NCBI GenBank assembly: GCA_963767005.1 | Contig: CAVYCN010000002.1 | Location: 224,001-288,000 of the forward strand | Origin: an uncultured Actinomycetes bacterium | GTDB taxonomy: Bacteria; Actinomycetota; Thermoleophilia; UBA2241 | DNA length: 64,000 nt | Reading direction: 5' to 3' | Shown here: positions 62,043 through 64,000 of the stretch, piece after piece | How positions within the stretch are numbered: position 1 is the stretch's first letter | Layout: each line of letters opens with the position of its first letter | Made by a program: the position numbers and the translations under genes | Notes under the pieces: model-generated | Seen by the model: only the letters and a program-made list of their open reading frames with translations | The model's database searches: none | Told to the model about the DNA's origin: nothing

Positions 62043-63161
62043 GTGGCCACGCGGCCGGGCTCGGGCGCCGTCGTCGCCGTCGTCGGCGTCGGTCTCATGG
62101 GCGGCTCGCTGGGGCTCGCCGCCCGCGAGCTGGCCGGCGTGCGCCGCGTGGTGGGGTACAGTCGCAGCTCCGAGACCGTGCGTGCCGCGCTCGAGCTGGG
62201 CGCGATCACCGAGGCGGCGGCCAGCCTCGAAGAGGCCGCCGCCGCCGCCGACCTCGTCTTCGTGTGCACGCCGGTGCGCCTGGTCGTGTCGCACGTGCGC
62301 CGCGCCCACGCGGTCGCCGGGCCCGACGCCGTGGTGAGCGACGTGGGCAGCACCAAGGCCATGCTCATGGACACCCTGACCGCCGACGAGCAGCGTCGCT
62401 GCGTGGGCGGCCATCCGCTGTGCGGCTCAGAGACGGCCGGCGTGCGCAACGCCCGCGCCTCGCTGTACGAGGGCGCGACCTACTTTCTGACGCCGGGCGC
62501 CCATGTGAGCCCGGCCGCTTTCCAGCGCCTCTACGACTTCCTGCTGCAGATCGGGGCGCGGCCGGTGGCGGTCGAGCCGCACGAGCACGACCGCGTGCTG
62601 GCGCTGGTGAGTCACCTGCCCCACGTGCTGGCCAACGTGCTCATGACCCAGGCCGGCGAGCACGAGGGCTCGCGCGACCCCCTGCTGTGCGCCGGACCGA
62701 GCTTTCGCGACATGACCCGCATCGCCGGCAGCAACGCGCGCGTGTGGGCCGACATCTTCCTCGAGAACCGCGAGGCGCTGCTCGCCGCCCTCAGCGGCTA
62801 CCGCGAGGGGCTCGACGACCTGACTCGCGCGCTCGAGGCGGCCGACGAGCAGCGCCTGACGGCCTTCGTTGGCCGGGCCGCCCTGCAGCGCCAGCGCATG
62901 CTCGCCGCCGAGAGCCTCGCCGCCGAGAAACTCTTCCGCATCATGGTGAAGCTGCCCGACCGTCCCGGACAGCTCCAGCGCATCACTGTGGCGCTCGGCG
63001 ATGCCGCCATCAACATCGAGGACCTCGCCCTGCATCACATGAGCGCCGAGCTGGGCGGCGAGCTCACCGTGTACGTGCTCGGGACCGAGGTGTGCGAGCG
63101 CGCCACGACGCTGCTCGAGGGGCTCGGCTACCAGGTCACGAGCGGGCGCGGCGTGCAGTGA
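62043..63161 (+). CDS. tyrA: Prephenate dehydrogenase with an ACT domain
   Basis: GVGLMGGS, DVGSTK, GGHP, HD..SHLPH and RDMTRIA motifs; C-terminal PDRPG ACT domain. Confidence 0.92.
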   Translation: MATRPGSGAVVAVVGVGLMGGSLGLAARELAGVRRVVGYSRSSETVRAALELGAITEAAASLEEAAAAADLVFVCTPVRLVVSHVRRAHAVAGPDAVVSDVGSTKAMLMDTLTADEQRRCVGGHPLCGSETAGVRNARASLYEGATYFLTPGAHVSPAAFQRLYDFLLQIGARPVAVEPHEHDRVLALVSHLPHVLANVLMTQAGEHEGSRDPLLCAGPSFRDMTRIAGSNARVWADIFLENREALLAALSGYREGLDDLTRALEAADEQRLTAFVGRAALQRQRMLAAESLAAEKLFRIMVKLPDRPGQLQRITVALGDAAINIEDLALHHMSAELGGELTVYVLGTEVCERATTLLEGLGYQVTSGRGVQ

Positions 63162-64000
63162 GCGGACAGGCCGACGACAGGCCGCAAGCGGCGGCCGCTC
63201 GGAGCGGCGCCGACGTCGTCACGTTCCGGCCGGCGGGGCCGCTGCGCGGCACGGTGCGCGCCCCGGGCGACAAGTCCATCACCCAGCGCGCCCTGCTGAT
63301 CGCCGCCGTCTGCGATGGTCCCGTGGTCGTCGAGGACCCCGTGTGGGCGGGCGACCCGCTCGCCACCGCGGGCATGGTCACGGCCCTGGGCGCCGCGGTC
63401 GACGGCCTCGCCGGCCGCGAGCGCCGCGCCGTCGTCCACGGCGTCGGCCTGCGCGGCCTGCGCGCGCCGGCGGGGCCGCTCGACGCCGGCAACTCGGGCA
63501 CCGGCATGCGCCTGCTGGCCGGCCTGCTGGCCGGCCAGCGCGGCAGGTTCGTGGTCGACGGCGACGCCTCGCTGCGCCGCCGACCGATGGGCCGCATCGT
63601 CGCGCCGCTGCGCGCCATGGGGGCGCGTATCGCGGCCCGTGACGGCGACCTCGCGCCGCTTGCGATCGAGGGTGGGCCGCTCACCGGCGTGCGCCACGAG
63701 TCGCCGGTGGCGAGCGCCCAGGTGAAGTCGTGCTTGCTGCTCGCCGGCCTGCTGGCCGAGGGCGAGACCGTGGTCGCCGAACCGGCGCCCAGCCGTGATC
63801 ACACCGAGCGCATGCTGGCGGCGGCGGGGGCGGCGCCGCGCCGGCGCGGCGCCGAGGTCGCGGTGCGCGGCGTCGAGCGCCTGTCGCTCGAGCGGGTCGT
63901 CGTGCCCGGCGACCTGTCGTCGGCCGCGTTCCTCGTGGCCGCCGCGCTGCTCGTGCCCGGCTCGCACCTGCGCGTCACCGACGTCGGCCTCAACCCGACG
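63158..64000 (+). CDS. aroA: EPSP synthase, partial (continues beyond the window)
   Basis: Manual translation: PGDKSITQR, DAGNSGTGMR, RRPM, SAQVKS, RDHTERML, VPGDLSSA. Confidence 0.95.
   Translation, partial: MSGQADDRPQAAAARSGADVVTFRPAGPLRGTVRAPGDKSITQRALLIAAVCDGPVVVEDPVWAGDPLATAGMVTALGAAVDGLAGRERRAVVHGVGLRGLRAPAGPLDAGNSGTGMRLLAGLLAGQRGRFVVDGDASLRRRPMGRIVAPLRAMGARIAARDGDLAPLAIEGGPLTGVRHESPVASAQVKSCLLLAGLLAEGETVVAEPAPSRDHTERMLAAAGAAPRRRGAEVAVRGVERLSLERVVVPGDLSSAAFLVAAALLVPGSHLRVTDVGLNPT

Overview
High-GC chromosomal window from a deep-branching actinobacterium (gene content and order suggest Thermoleophilia; inference). It is mostly core genome: hutU-hutI-ftcD, lexA, corA, five tRNAs, tig-clpP-clpX, valS-folC, ndk-maf-mreBCD-mrdA-rodA, a radical-SAM pair, RNase E/G, rplU-rpmA-obgE, proBA-nadD-yqeK-rsfS, dinB, EF-G2, pdxST, yebC-ruvCAB, queH-queA-tgt-yajC, parA-ftsZ-scpAB-rluB and aroH-aroF-tyrA-aroA. 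I found no CRISPR array, integrase, transposase or rRNA. The most striking feature is a minus-strand cassette at about 3.1-5.4 kb. A sigma28/WhiG-type promoter (TAAA-N16-GCCGATAT) precedes two paralogous 30-31 aa signal-peptide-like ORFs ending in SGA-[FW]xKWx, a membrane-anchored HD-GYP phosphodiesterase, and a DUF5317 membrane protein with signal-peptidase-II-like aspartate motifs. Together these look like a candidate peptide-pheromone system that controls c-di-GMP. Other notable items are an ftsZ with an N-terminal extension sitting between parA and scpAB, a ~55-bp dispersed repeat present in three copies, a lexA-zinc ribbon-LysM operon, a probable ATC start for mreB, a leaderless uORF coupled to proB, tandem Pmt paralogs and a candidate structured ncRNA after dinB.
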